A stretch of DNA of 64,000 nucleotides. Source: Neocallimastix sp. 'constans' (taxonomy: Eukaryota). The translations under genes were made by a program, and so were the position numbers. The DNA lies in the NCBI GenBank assembly GCA_050613775.1, contig JBODTK010000108.1:186001-250000 (forward strand), given 5' to 3'. Below are positions 14,721-27,815 of the stretch, in pieces; position 1 is the stretch's first letter, and the number at the start of each line of letters is the position of its first letter. The notes beneath the pieces were generated by a model. It had not been told where the DNA came from, made no database searches, and saw nothing but the letters and a program-made list of their open reading frames with translations.

Positions 14721-16025
14721 TAACAAATCATAAATCATAAATAATTTTTGTAATTTAGTGAGATTTAGATGTAATGAAATATTATTATTTTTAACATTCT
14801 TCCAAAAGTTTGATATTATTCAAAACTTTAAAAGTATGTTGTCTCTAAATTGGTTCATTAATTTTCCATTCAAGAATTTTGTAAATCCGTCATTATATAT
14901 ACAGCGGCTTGGATATCAAAATTTATTATCATTTCTTTATCTTTAATACCTAATTCACTAAATATATTTTTTTCAACCATAAGAATTTTTTAGCTCATTT
15001 TATTATTGTATAATATTTACTTTCATCTGTTGACAAGACAATACAATTTTGTAATTTAGAGTGCTAGAATATAGGTCCAGACTGGTAGTTAATTAAAAAA
15101 TAGGTGGTGGATTTTCCTATTTCTTCATTAACTTCATAATCAGCATCAACATACATATCTATGTTCATATTTCAAATATACTTTTAATCATAATTAGGGT
15201 TATCCTTTAAATATCTGAGAATTTTCTTTAAAATTTCTCAATTTTATAAAGTTGGTTTATTAGCATTTCTTAACGCTTTAATAGCAGAATAAATAATTAT
15301 TTGATTTAGTACAAATAGCTAAATATAATACGCTTCCAATTACTTGTTGATATTTCTTTGTATTAAACGGTTTATTGTTTAATTCAAAATCTTGTGATAG
15401 ATACATATTTGAAAGTAGGTCTACTATTATTTTCATCAAATCTATTAAAAATATCACTAAAATATTTCTTTTGGAGTAATGATATTAATTCCTGTTCTAA
15501 GATTTTTAACTGTTTGGTTATTATAATTAATAAATGAAGGAGTATTATTACTTAGTGACATGGCTAGTTCTTTATCATGAAGTTCAACACTTGATAATTT
15601 TTGGTTCTCAAGATATGGTGACTTAATTGATGACTTCGTTAAATTAGCAACATCAATACCTGTTGTTGCTAATGTCATTCCTACTTCTTTGTTGAAAATT
15701 GTTTTTTTAAATAATGAGTATATTTTACAAACATTGTAGTTATTCGCATTTGTTGTTCATATTTTATTTTAATTTTTGTTATACATTGCGACTTATATAT
15801 ATCATTGTGATTGTAAAATAAGACTTTAAAAAATTGATTGTAGTATTGGTGTATTGACATTAAACTTCTTTTAAAAAGAAGAATGTACAATTCATCTTTT
15901 AAAATGATTTTATTTTCGTTGATGTAGCCAACCTAAGTTCCTATATATTCAGATCTTACAATACAACCATCAGTAAATGATATTATTTCGTAATACTTTC
16001 ATATATTGTGTAAATATTTTATAAT

Positions 16026-16413
16026 TGATATAAAACAAATATGTGTAGTAACATATTTATATATTTAATAATAATTATTAAATATTAAATTTATATCTTT
16101 TTGATAATAATTATTTTATTTTATTTTATTTCAATAATGTATCATTATATTATAATAATTATAATACTTTAATTTATATAAAATTTATATAGTTCTATAT
16201 ATTAGAATATATAATTAATATATTACCTATTTATTATAAATAGATTAAATTATTTATATTAGGAATGGAGGACTCTCTTGTAAATTTTAGGAATTAGAAT
16301 TATTATTTTAATTGTACGAATATTATAATAATTAATAAATTTTACTAAACAACCATTATTTAAAAAAAACCCACTACTTATAAATTATTGCACATAAAAG
16401 TCCCAGCATATCA
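16026..16413 (+). mobile_element. Solo LTR (family D) inserted in the copia relic
   Basis: TGATA...TATCA termini; reverse-complement homolog of the LTR at 50051-50436; flanks TAAT/TGAT (near 4-bp TSD). Confidence 0.85.
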
Positions 16414-16815
16414 TGATGTGAGTCATGTGATATTATTCATCTAAATCTTAAAGTTCATGACATAAAATTATTATTTTCTTTAGACTCACTATTTTTATTA
16501 GTATAATAATTAAATTCTAATCTAGTACTTCGGAAGGTATTTATTTTCTTCTCTGTTATTATATATTCTTTCTACATACTTTACTTGGCTCTCAGGTTCA
16601 ATATACGAGTCATAGTTCATTGTAAAACTAATATATTTTTCTGGATTGTTATTATTCATTGTTATACTTGAATTTGATTGAAGTTTTATTTTCATAGAAT
16701 TTTTCATCTAATTCTTTTTTTTTATAATTCCAACTCCTTCATTAATTATTATGTGTTTGTAATTTCTTTAAGATATTAAAAATTTCATATGCCAAAAGCG
16801 TTTTAAAATTGAAAT

Positions 16816-17170
16816 TTAATTTGTATTCATTACTGATACAATTTATTTGAAACATTTTTGTTGTATTATTATTTTTAATGTCTTCATCAGTAATGTTTTT
16901 ATTTTTAAACTTTTGTATTGTCTCATCTAACCTTTATATATTCTTTTAAGTTTTTCTTTTTTATTTTTGATATATTAATTTTTTTTAAAATCTTTTAATT
17001 TGTATTCATTACTAATGTTATTTATTTGAAACATTTTTGTTGTATTATTATTTTTAATGTCTTCATCAGTAATGTTTTTATTTTTAAACTTTTGTATTGT
17101 CTCATCTAACCTTTATATATTCTTTTAAGTTTTCCTTTTTTATTTTTGATATATTAATTTTTTTAAAATT
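16816..17170. repeat. ~180-bp tandem duplication within the copia gag relic
   Basis: Two near-identical copies beginning TTAATTTGTATTCATTACT. Confidence 0.85.
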
Positions 17171-18589
17171 TCTTCTTCTACATATTTGCATAAGTTACTT
17201 CTTGAAAATAGAAGATAGAGTTCACCGCCTCAAATTTTAAAATTAGAGTTTGTTGATTTAGGATTTTGTTCAGTCATTTTTTAAATTTTTATTATGAATT
17301 TTCATTTTTGACAATTGAAAAATGTAATAATTTTTATTATATAATATTTTATTGTATATTTAAATTTATTTCTAAATTGTATTTAGCAGAATAATAATGT
17401 GATCCTTAATCTTTTATAATTTAGTGAGAATTAGATGTAATAAAATTTGTATTATAAAATGATATAAAGTTCAATATTTTATACCATATTACAATTACAT
17501 AAAACTATTTATATTCTAATACATAAATTTATAGGATGCTTTATTAATACTATATTATAAAATATAATTAATACTAATAAAATAAATAATGTTAAACTTT
17601 ATTTTCAACAATAATAAATTATAGATAATAAATAATAAATAATAAATAATAGATAAATAATAATAAATTATTAATTAATAAATATATAAGTAGATAGATA
17701 AAATATGATATAAAAAATTAATATATATTTTTTTAATGTCATCATTTACTTTTTATTTATTTATTTAATTATTTAACATAAACAACATTTATTATTTATA
17801 TTTTCTCTACATAAAACTATGATATCATCTGAACAAATTATTTTATGTGCCACAATATTATATTATTATTACATAAATTAGGTTAAGTTATTATAAATAT
17901 ATTAACTTTATTTAAAAATAAAAAATTTAAACTAAAAATAAAATTACCTATTATGTTAAAAATAAAGTTAATAAACAGATATTAAAAATGGTGGTTAATG
18001 TTTAAAAAAGTAAATTTTTTTTTTTTTTTTTAAATATATCGTGCGAAAAAAAAAAGATATGTTAGTAACTTAATCACTTTACGTCAAAACATTTAAATAT
18101 CAAATTAAATTTATTTGGTTAAAATAAAAAAAAAAAAAAAAAGATATTTTGTAATAACATAAAATATATGAAAACAACATAGTTGGTAATAGTTATATTA
18201 CTTAAATAGTATAAATTTAATATTTATTAATAATTATTTATTTGTTACTCCTTTTTTTTTTTTTTTTTAGTATGTTAATTATTAATAATAGTTTATATAT
18301 ACTCTATACTAAAGACTTGGTGAATATTTAAAAATTTATTATTATTAACAATATTTTTTTCTTTATATATATATATAATAAATACATATGAATATAAATA
18401 ATTAAATATTTCATAGTTATATATATATACATATATTTAAACTTACAGATTATCAATAAATGTTTTTTTATATAATTTACATTCGTATTTGAAAATTTTA
18501 ATTATAATTATATATGGATATGTATTTTAAAAAAAACTAGATATATTTTAATATATATTGGTATAAATATATATATATATATAAAACAA

Positions 18590-19790
18590 AACAAAACAAA
18601 ATAAAATAAATAGTTGAAATATAAATATAAAGTACAGATTGAATAAAATAAAATAAAATAAAATAAATAGTAGAATATGAATATAAAGTACAGTTTAAAT
18701 AAAATAAAATAAAATAAATAGTAGAATATGAATATAAAGTACAGTTTAAATAAAATAAAATAAAATAAATAGTAGAATATGAATATAAAGTACAGTTTAA
18801 ATAAAATAAAATAAAATAAAATAAATAGTAGAATATGAATATAAAGTACAGTTTAAATAAAATAAAATAAAATAAAATAAAATAAAATAAATAGTAGAAT
18901 ATGAATATAAAGTACAGTTTAAATAAAATAAAATAAAATAAAATAAATAGTAGAATATGAATATAAAGTACAGATTAAATAAAATAAAATAAAATAAATA
19001 GTAGAATATGAATATAAAGTACAGTTTAAATAAAATAAAATAAAATAAAATAAATAGTAGAATATGAATATAAAGTACAGTTTAAATAAAATAAAATAAA
19101 ATAAAATAAATAGTAGAATATGAATATAAAGTACAGTTTAAATAAAATAAAATAAAATAAAATAAAATAAAATAAATAGTAGAATATGAATATAAAGTAC
19201 AGTTTAAATAAAATAAAATAAAATAAATAGTAGAATATGAATATAAAGTACAGTTTAAATAAAATAAAATAAATAGTAGAATATGAATATAAAGTACAGT
19301 TTAAATAAAATAAAATAAAATAAAATAAAATAAATAGTAGAATATGAATATAAAGTACAGTTTAAATAAAATAAAATAAAATAAAATAAATAGTAGAATA
19401 TGAATATAAAGTACAGTTTAAATTAAATAAAATAAAATAAAATAAAATAAAATAAAATAAATAGTAGAATATGAATATAAAGTACAGTTTAAATAAAATA
19501 AAATAAAATAAAATAAAATAAAATAAAATAAAATAAAATAAAATAAAATAAAATAAAATAAAATAAATAGTAGAATATGAATATAAAGTACAGTTTAAAT
19601 AAAATAAAATAAAATAAATAGTAGAATATGAATATAAAGTACAGTTTAAATAAAATAAAATAAAATAAAATAAAATAAAATAATTAATGAATATAAAAGA
19701 GTATAGTATCAATAAAAATAAAATAAAATAATTAGTAATATAAAAGGGTAAAGTATATATAAAAATAAAATAAAATAATTAGTGAAGTAA
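18590..19790. repeat. Composite minisatellite array (~20 core units)
   Basis: AAATAGTAGAATATGAATATAAAGTACAGTTT core with variable (AAAAT)n. Confidence 0.92.
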
Positions 19791-20953
19791 TATAAAATGG
19801 TAAAGTATATAAAAATAAAAATGAAATATAAAATGATTTAATATACAAATTTAATATACAGCTCTTTTTTATTAATATTTTTTGTTTTTATTTTTTTATT
19901 TTCTACTTTTTTTTTATTTAATTTTTTTTTAATTTTATTATATAAATATACCTGATTATTTATACGTATAATATTTATGCCACAATTATTTATTAAAATT
20001 TTTTATTGTTAAATTACTAATAATTATATTACCAATAAGTTATACAAAATACGGTTTGTTAAGAGTCATGAATTTGTGGTTTATAATTATGTCAATTTTA
20101 TTAATATATTTTATGATAAAGAGTTACAAATATTAAATTATATTAATTTACATGCTTTTATATTAACATATTGTGGCTTATACATTACATTACATACATT
20201 ACATTTTAATACATTTAAACTCATATTTCACATATTCTAACATTCCCCCCTAAACCAAGTTATTCTACTAAATGAATAATTTTGGTTTATAGGTGAATAT
20301 GTACATAGCAATACATAACAATAATACTTTGTGAAATTTATATCATTATTCTAAACTTTAATTAACTATTAAATTTCTATTTCATATTATATCATTAATT
20401 GAATTTTATATATATACTTTATGTATATTATTTGCTAATTTTATCTTAGATATTTATATTATTACCCATTGTACGTTTTTGTGGTTAAAACGCCTAAAAC
20501 CTTTATAATTTGGGTATTTTTAATATTAAAAATTATTTAAATATGGATTGGACACCTATCTGGGTTTACACCATCCTATTATATTATATTAAGGCAACCT
20601 CGTTGGGATTCACGCCAAATTAATAATGATGTAACGAAATCTTCATGTTAAGGTTTTAGAGAATTAAATAAAAATAAAGTAAGGAAACACAAATTTTATT
20701 TATTTATTTATTATTTTTATTTATAAATTTATTTGATTTTATTTGATGATATTTAAAAATTAGTAGCAAAATTTACAACTATTTATACTTTTTTCAAGGC
20801 ATAAAAGTTGTTCTTGCCACTAAATTACATTTTATTTATTTTTTTTTTTTTTTTTTTTATAAAAACTATTAAATTTAAATTGATTTTTATAATTAATTAT
20901 ATAAAATTTAATTATAACAATATAAATAAAATACATTTATAATATTAATAAAA

Positions 20954-21012
<59 letters not shown>

Positions 21013-21529
21013 TTATTTATTTAAAAATATCTAAAATATTACTAATAAGAATTTATTTAATTGGCTATAATTTTTATTACAATCTGTTAAAATATTCAAA
21101 TAAAAATAAAAATACTATTCTAATATAAAGGTTTTTAATAAAATAAAATATTTTTCAATATAAAATAAAACATTTCGATATAAAATTTTATAATAAAAAG
21201 TTAAAATATAATATATAAATTTTTAATTATCAATATATAAAAATATTATTAATATAAATTTTCATTATTAATATAAAAAAAAAAATAAGATTTATTATTA
21301 ATATTGCTAATATAAGTTTTAAATATATAAAAATATTACTTTTAATATAAGATTTAATATAAAAATATAAAGTTTAATATAATATTTGATTTAATTTTTG
21401 ATCTTTGGATTTAAAAATTTATTAAAGTACAAAAATAATAATGTACACATAATGTATTAGAAATAAATCGTAGATTTAATTAAGAATGCATTATTTAGTA
21501 CATTCTTATCAAGATGCCCCGACGAAGAC

Positions 21530-24500
21530 TCAAGCTTCTCTGTAAGCGGAGTTAAACTTTACTAAATTTTTAAAGTGAACATTCCTATCGAGTTGCTTTC
21601 CAGTCTTCTGATCGATTAGGGTTGCCGTGTTGAATTGAATTTTTAAAATTTTAAATGGTCCATTGTAATATGGTTCTAGCTTAGTGCGGCTAAAGTTTCT
21701 AACAAGAACAAGATCACCAGCCTTTAATTCTTTTCCCTTTTTCATACTTATTTGTTCTTCTCGTCTTGTTGCCCAATACTTGTTAGCATTCTTCACATTT
21801 TCGCATGCTTCTCTAGTCCATTGATAATGACGAACAAATTTTTCCATTAAAATTTCATCATATGATTTACCTGCATTTTCAATTGTTCTTATGGCTATAT
21901 CATAAGGCTGTTGGTCTTCTCTTCCATATACTAATTCAAAACTAGAATGTCCAGTAGCTGTATTTTTGGTAGTTCGAAGTGCCCATAAAGCAGAAGGTAA
22001 AACTTCATCCCAATCTTGATTTTTCCTTCCTAATAAACGAAGTAATTTTCCAATTTCTTTATTTCGATTTTCAGTAAGGCCATTTGATTCAGGGTGGTAA
22101 GTAGCTACAAATTTAACATATACATCATAAAGATCAAGAAAGATTTTAGTCATATCAGAAGTGAATTGGACTCCATTATCAGTAGTAATAACTTGAGGGA
22201 CACCATGTCTTGCAAAAACGTTTATTAAAAATTTAATTATATCAGAGGAAGTTATGTTTTCAGTGGGTTCGGCTTCAACCCATTTGGTAAAGTAATCAAC
22301 AGTTACTATAATATATTGATTATTATTTCTTGTTTTTGGTAACGGTCCTATAATATCTAATCCTAAATGCACAAAGGGACCCTCCACTTTAGTTGGATGG
22401 TTTTCGGTTGGTTCTGGATATGGTTGAGGACGATTTAACTGGCATTTTTCACAATTACTAACAATTCTTTTGATATCTTTAATCATATGATTCCAATAAA
22501 AGTTTTTCTTAAGTCTTTGATATGTTTTGTAATATCCTTCGTGGCCAATATTATGAGCTTCTAAAATTAATTTAAACCTTTCATTTTCGTCCGTTATTAA
22601 TTTTCTATAATTTCCATTGTCGATAAAATAATCTTCACCATCAATAACAGTAAACTTTTCATTAATAAATTCCTTTATAACTTTAGATAATAATTCTTCA
22701 TTATTTCCATTAGTAATTTTTGTTAATAATATCTTTCTCTCTTCCTTACTTTTCATTCTTGAAAGAGCATCAGCTAACACATTCTTTTTGCCTGATTCAT
22801 ATTTTATATTAATTCCGAGCATACTAGCGGTTAGACACCATCTTGTTTGCCTTGCATTCAAAGGTTCTTTATTCTTAAATAAACCAACTAATGGTTTATG
22901 ATCTGTGTAAATAGTTGTAGGTAATGGATTTCCTTCAATATAAGATTTAAATTTAGTCATACAGTAAAACAAAGCGGTTCCTTCTAAATCGGTAATACCA
23001 TAATTCTTTTCAGCTTTCTTTAAACTTCTACTTATAAAGTGTATTGGATGCTCCTTACCGGTTTCTTCTTCTTTTTGTAAAAGAACTCCACCAATTCCAT
23101 TATACGAAGCATCAGTTCTAATGATAAAAGGTTTGTCAAATGACGGAAATTTTAGAATAGGTGCATTGATTAATTTTTCTTTTAGGAGTTCAAAGCTTTC
23201 TTGTTGTTCTTTATTCCATTCATATTTGGTATTCTTTTTCAATAATTTACATAAAGGTGAGGTAATTTGAGCATATTTAGGAATAAAATCACGATAATAT
23301 CCCACTGCTCCTAAAAATGATCTTAATTCATGAAGTGATGAAGGGGCTTCCCACTTCTTAATAGCTGTTATCTTACTTTCCATGGGACTTAATCCTTTAG
23401 TAGTAAGTTTGTGACCTAATACATCAACTTCAGTTTGAAGAAAATGGCACTTTTCAATATTAATTTTTAACTTGTTTTCTTTAAATACTTCTAATACTTG
23501 TTTAATATGAATTAAATGTTCTTCGATACTTTTTGAATAGATCAAAACATCATCAATAAATACATAAACAAATTCACCAATAAAAGGGAATAAAATTTTA
23601 TTCATTTCTCTTTGGAAGGTTGAGGGAGCTCCAGTAAGTCCAAAAGGCATAACCTTAAATTGATAATTTCCAAACTTAGTAGTGAAAGTGGTTACTTCAA
23701 CGCTTTCTTCATCCATTAAGATTTGGTGAAAACCAGAAAATAAATCAAGAGTTGTAAATATTTTAGATCCTCCGAGACTATCAAAAATTTCATCTATATA
23801 TGGAACTGAATAAGAATCTTTTTCTGTCATATCATTGACTTTTCGGTAGTCAATGCACAAGCGCCACTTTCCATTGTGTTTTAGAATGAGTACTACTGGA
23901 GATGACCATTCTGAACAGGATGGTTCTATCAATCCTTTCTTAATAAGCTTTGTAAGTTCTTCTTTTAAGATATCTGATTTTAATTTAGTTAACCTATAAC
24001 TTCTTAATTTTACTGGCTTTGCATTTGCTTTCAAACGGATCTTATGTGGTGAAAGTTTAGAAGGAGTTAGTTCTTCTGTTGAAGTGGCAACTATGTCAAT
24101 CATTTCTTTGAGAATTTTAATAATTTGTTCTTTATAATCTTTATTTAAGGTACTTAAAAATTCATCACTCTCAATAAATTCCATTGGAGTTAATTCCTTT
24201 ATAATTTCCTTTTCATTATTCGTTTCTTTAACTTTTCTAATAGTGCAAATTATACTTTCTTCATCATAATATTGATTATTTATTTTAGCTATTTCTTCGT
24301 ATTCACTTTCTGACAAAAGTTTACATAAACTGTTTAAGGTCGGATGAATAAATAAACAATGATCGATTTGAGTTTTAAAGTTTATTAACATATCATAAAA
24401 TGAGTCTTCTTTCTCAATAATTCTAAAGTCCGCATTAAATTCATAATTATTAATTTTTACTGGTAATTGAACAATAATTCCTTCCGAGTATTCTTCATCT

Positions 24501-25345
24501 TGTGTTGCTAGTTGGATTCTTCCACGACTTTTTCCAACTGTTTCATATTCACCAGGTAATTTATCAAAATACTGCTTAGTAACGATGCTTAGGTTACTAC
24601 AAGAATCAATTAAAAGTTTTCCTAGTACTCCGTCAACACTTGCATCAACCATTGCTAAGTCTTCTTCGGCTACCTCATTACTTTTACTTATGTAGCTATG
24701 ATCATAGTTATTCACTAATAAAGTTCGTGCTATTACATTGTCTACAGTTCCAATTATTTTAGATTTTTCTAACTTTAAACCTTGAGTTAATTGTGAACGA
24801 ATTTTCGGACATGCATTCAAGAGTTGACCTATCGTAATACTGGATTTAAGATTATTTAAATCATCCATAATATTGTAAGGTTCTTTATTATTCATCATTT
24901 TGATATTCCTTTTTACTAACTGAGTATTTTCATTATTAGTTTCTTTAGTTTTTGTTGAAATTAATTTTTCCAAAGTATTAGTTTTATTTTGTTGATTATC
25001 TTTATTCATTTCTATATCTTCTATTTCCTTATCGATTACAAGTATATCTTCAGATTCAACTTTTTTCTTTCCTTTTGATGAATAATTGTTGTTTTCTTCT
25101 TTACTTTCTCTTACTCTTGTTATATTTCTTAATTCCTTTTCTTTTTGTTTTTCTTTGTTAATATTTGGTTGAGTTAAAATTGAAGGAAGTATTTGATTTT
25201 TATAAACTTTATTTGGTTTATTATGTAGCTCATTTTCTTTCTTCTTTCTTAAAGCAGGAGTTGCGAAAGGACGTGGATTATCTTTTAAACTTTTATGTAC
25301 TTTCTTGGAATTATTTTCTTCCTTTTCGCTGTTATTATCATTCAT
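21530..25345 (-). CDS. pol: Element A Pol (protease-RT-RNase H-integrase); frame open upstream to the slip site at ~25540
   Basis: LLIDSCS protease, WRLCIDYRKVN, DLFSGFHQI, MPFGL, FIDD, TDAS, HHCC zinc finger, DDE core (TDNGVQF, SNGLTE). Confidence 0.97.
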   Translation of the reverse strand: MNDNNSEKEENNSKKVHKSLKDNPRPFATPALRKKKENELHNKPNKVYKNQILPSILTQPNINKEKQKEKELRNITRVRESKEENNNYSSKGKKKVESEDILVIDKEIEDIEMNKDNQQNKTNTLEKLISTKTKETNNENTQLVKRNIKMMNNKEPYNIMDDLNNLKSSITIGQLLNACPKIRSQLTQGLKLEKSKIIGTVDNVIARTLLVNNYDHSYISKSNEVAEEDLAMVDASVDGVLGKLLIDSCSNLSIVTKQYFDKLPGEYETVGKSRGRIQLATQDEEYSEGIIVQLPVKINNYEFNADFRIIEKEDSFYDMLINFKTQIDHCLFIHPTLNSLCKLLSESEYEEIAKINNQYYDEESIICTIRKVKETNNEKEIIKELTPMEFIESDEFLSTLNKDYKEQIIKILKEMIDIVATSTEELTPSKLSPHKIRLKANAKPVKLRSYRLTKLKSDILKEELTKLIKKGLIEPSCSEWSSPVVLILKHNGKWRLCIDYRKVNDMTEKDSYSVPYIDEIFDSLGGSKIFTTLDLFSGFHQILMDEESVEVTTFTTKFGNYQFKVMPFGLTGAPSTFQREMNKILFPFIGEFVYVFIDDVLIYSKSIEEHLIHIKQVLEVFKENKLKINIEKCHFLQTEVDVLGHKLTTKGLSPMESKITAIKKWEAPSSLHELRSFLGAVGYYRDFIPKYAQITSPLCKLLKKNTKYEWNKEQQESFELLKEKLINAPILKFPSFDKPFIIRTDASYNGIGGVLLQKEEETGKEHPIHFISRSLKKAEKNYGITDLEGTALFYCMTKFKSYIEGNPLPTTIYTDHKPLVGLFKNKEPLNARQTRWCLTASMLGINIKYESGKKNVLADALSRMKSKEERKILLTKITNGNNEELLSKVIKEFINEKFTVIDGEDYFIDNGNYRKLITDENERFKLILEAHNIGHEGYYKTYQRLKKNFYWNHMIKDIKRIVSNCEKCQLNRPQPYPEPTENHPTKVEGPFVHLGLDIIGPLPKTRNNNQYIIVTVDYFTKWVEAEPTENITSSDIIKFLINVFARHGVPQVITTDNGVQFTSDMTKIFLDLYDVYVKFVATYHPESNGLTENRNKEIGKLLRLLGRKNQDWDEVLPSALWALRTTKNTATGHSSFELVYGREDQQPYDIAIRTIENAGKSYDEILMEKFVRHYQWTREACENVKNANKYWATRREEQISMKKGKELKAGDLVLVRNFSRTKLEPYYNGPFKILKIQFNTATLIDQKTGKQLDRNVHFKNLVKFNSAYREA

Positions 25346-25506
25346 TTTTCTTTTTATAGCATTTATAATGATATCATCCTCACTTTCAGTTGTGTCACTA
25401 AAATCAGATTCTTCAGATTCTTTATTAAAGGAATTATTATCAATTGGGGTATTCTTGGTAAAAGTATTATTTTGTAAATTATTTAATGAAGCTATTGTTT
25501 TGTCAT

Positions 25507-25540
25507 TGGGAGTGCTTCTGCTCCCATTTAGAAGTTTAAA
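25507..25540 (-). promoter_or_regulatory. -1 programmed ribosomal frameshift signal (gag-pol)
   Basis: Slippery T TTA AAC in the gag frame, 7-nt spacer, hairpin TGGGAG-cagaagca-CTCCCA; the -1 frame runs without a stop into pol. Confidence 0.88.
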
Positions 25541-26433
25541 GACTTTTTGGAATATATTTCTTTTTTATTTTTTTCCATAATCTTATTTAATTGAGGGCAA
25601 TAGTATGAGTAATGACCTTCTTCCTTACAGAAGAAGCAAGTTTTAACAGATAAATTTCTCATTTTCTGGGTTGATTCTTCTATAATATCTTGAGGTTTCA
25701 GTTTATTATTTGTTTGACTTGTTTGGAAAGTTTCGTTTCTTCTTTTAGGATAAAGTCTTGAAGTAGTACTGTTTTGATTATTTTGATTATGCTGGGAATT
25801 ATTAACATTATAGGTATTAATATTATTGTTCCTTACAGAAAGTCTATCTACTTTCTCGGCAATTTTGAAAGCTTTCTCCATACTTATATCATCTTTAAGG
25901 GATAATTTCTTCCAGGCTTCATAATTATTTTGAATAGAGTCAATATAATCTAGTACACCAATGCGCTTTCTTCTCTTTTTATCAAGTTTAGTGTACAAAG
26001 TTCTATATCTTACATTAAAGTCTTTAATCTTTTCGTTTCTTTTAATTCGCATTGCACGAAGTTCTTTAAGAAGTAAATTTTGGTCTTCTTTAATACCGTA
26101 AAAATTTTCAAGACTTGAAATAATTTTTTCAAGAGAAGGAAATTTATCATCATCAACATTTTCTTCTTCATCATCTTCTTCTTCATCTGATGAATCATCA
26201 CTTTCATCATCACTATCTTCTCCCAAATCTTCAATAACGCGTTGTACTTCACCAGAGCTGGTAAGTAAACAAGCATTAAATATTGTTTCCGGATCTGTGA
26301 TACCTTGTATCTTGATCCAAAGTTTTAATTCAGTAGCCCAGGACTTTATATCTAAATTGTCCTTGCTAAGCTTCACTATGTCTCGTAATTCTTTCTTTAA
26401 TTCTTTAAAACTTAAAGTACTTTTAGTAGACAT
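25528..26433 (-). CDS. gag: Element A Gag
   Basis: 301 aa with CCHC knuckle CFFCKEEGHYSYYC, upstream of pol. Confidence 0.93.
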   Translation of the reverse strand: MSTKSTLSFKELKKELRDIVKLSKDNLDIKSWATELKLWIKIQGITDPETIFNACLLTSSGEVQRVIEDLGEDSDDESDDSSDEEEDDEEENVDDDKFPSLEKIISSLENFYGIKEDQNLLLKELRAMRIKRNEKIKDFNVRYRTLYTKLDKKRRKRIGVLDYIDSIQNNYEAWKKLSLKDDISMEKAFKIAEKVDRLSVRNNNINTYNVNNSQHNQNNQNSTTSRLYPKRRNETFQTSQTNNKLKPQDIIEESTQKMRNLSVKTCFFCKEEGHYSYYCPQLNKIMEKNKKEIYSKKSLNF

Positions 26434-26616
26434 TTCGTTTTTAGTTAATAATTTTTTTATTGTAAATTAACGAGGTTATTAAATACGAATAAATTTGAAA
26501 GTCCAACTTTAAAAATATAATTTAACAAGTAATTTAATATCGAATCAAATTTTAAAACAATATATCTTAGTAATTTTTGAAAATAATAATTTTATTTGCT
26601 TTCTTTAGTAAGTATA

Positions 26617-26805
26617 AGCTCGAAATCCTTATCGACAACTTAGTAGAAATTATAAAGCACGAGGTTCTTTTCGACTACTTTTTTAAGAATAATTTTAAGT
26701 TCGAAATCTTTATCGACAACTTAATAGAATAATTTTAAGTTCGAAATCTTTATCGACAACTTAATAGAATATTTTTCAAGCTCGAAATCTTTATCGACCA
26801 CTTGA
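26617..26805. repeat. Five ~40-bp tandem hairpin repeats in the element A leader
   Basis: AAGYTCGAAATCTTTATCGACAACTT unit. Confidence 0.85.
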
Positions 26806-27309
26806 ATTTTGTAATTTAGTATATTTGTAGTAATAAATTTAGAAGCAAAGTTTTATTTATTATTTTCACCTTTCAAAAATTTTTCTTTTTAAACGATAAA
26901 TATTGTATTGTTATAGCTAATAAAATTATTAATTAATTATAATTATTAAATACAAAAAAATAATCTTTATTGTCGTACAATCTGATAGTACACACTGTCT
27001 GACGTGCAGCTTACCTAATGGTGTCATGCCACGCGTGTGCCACGATTACTATATTCAATATAAAATATAGCAGTTCAGAGCCTACTAGCCCAATTACTAT
27101 GTAGGATAAACTTAATCCGATAATCTATGTACGGAATAAAAAAAAATTTTAAAAGTATTCAATAATATTTTTATTAACTAATAAAAATTAACTAAAAACA
27201 CAATATTTTCAAGTAAATTAAGATTCTTTTACAGGAATTATTAAACAAATAAAGTACCAGTAATAAAAAAAAATAAAAAAAATTTAAATGGCGAAGTTAG
27301 CCAAAGTCT

Positions 27310-27608
27310 GATACTTTATATAATAAAGTGCCTTATAACTAGCACAAAGAAAAGTAAAAAAAATTATATAAAAAAAACAATCTTACGCCTTCGGTGACGT
27401 AAGCTCCTTATTCGCCAGTGCTTGGAAAGTACCCGCACCTTCGTGTGTTGAAACGTTGAAGGTTGAACTATTATTACCGGGTCGGTAACCAAATACCTTC
27501 GTCTACTTTCCAATTAATCTCCAAATTAACTACTATTCAATAACCTACTATGAATAGAGTTAATTTGTTGCTATCTGAGAATACACTGTGTATGAGCTCT
27601 ATCCGCTC
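27310..27608 (-). ncRNA. Conserved structured leader RNA motif (element A copy)
   Basis: Blocks shared with 30202-30457; many stems. Confidence 0.7.
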
Positions 27609-27797
27609 CTTGTTATAATTTTACAAAATTTGTTTTTTTAGAATCTTAATTTTACTTATTTAAAAAAAATTTTTTTTATATATATATATCAAACAAGCGC
27701 CATGGGTTAATCAAAGGATTAACGACTTACTTGTTTATCAATATAAAATAAAAAAAATTAAAAAAATCTATGTTATTTACTATTATTTCTATTTAAT

Positions 27798-27815
27798 TCC
27801 CCGATATCTCCACCA
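27798..27815 (-). promoter_or_regulatory. Primer-binding site, tRNA 3' end (Ala-like)
   Basis: TGGTGGAGATATCGGGGA 6 nt inside the 5' LTR; identical 18-mer at 50028-50045. Confidence 0.88.

Larger units (their letters stand above)
14750..17450 (-). mobile_element. Decayed, internally deleted Ty1/copia LTR retrotransposon
   Basis: Minus-strand fragments: gag start MTEQNPKSTNSNFKI*..ELYLL (~17278), ILKDELYILLFKRSLMSI, RT YQQVIGSVLYLAICT, RNase H YVDADY, GPIF*HSKLQNCIVLSTDESKY, DGFTKFLNGKLMNQFR. Direct-repeat LTR remnants TAATTTAGTGAGA.TTAGATGTAAT at ~14751 and ~17417. Boundaries approximate. Confidence 0.85.

Noticed and set aside
18590..19790. CRISPR-like repeat/spacer pattern
   Set aside because: The spacers are only (AAAAT)n, there are no cas genes, and the context is eukaryotic
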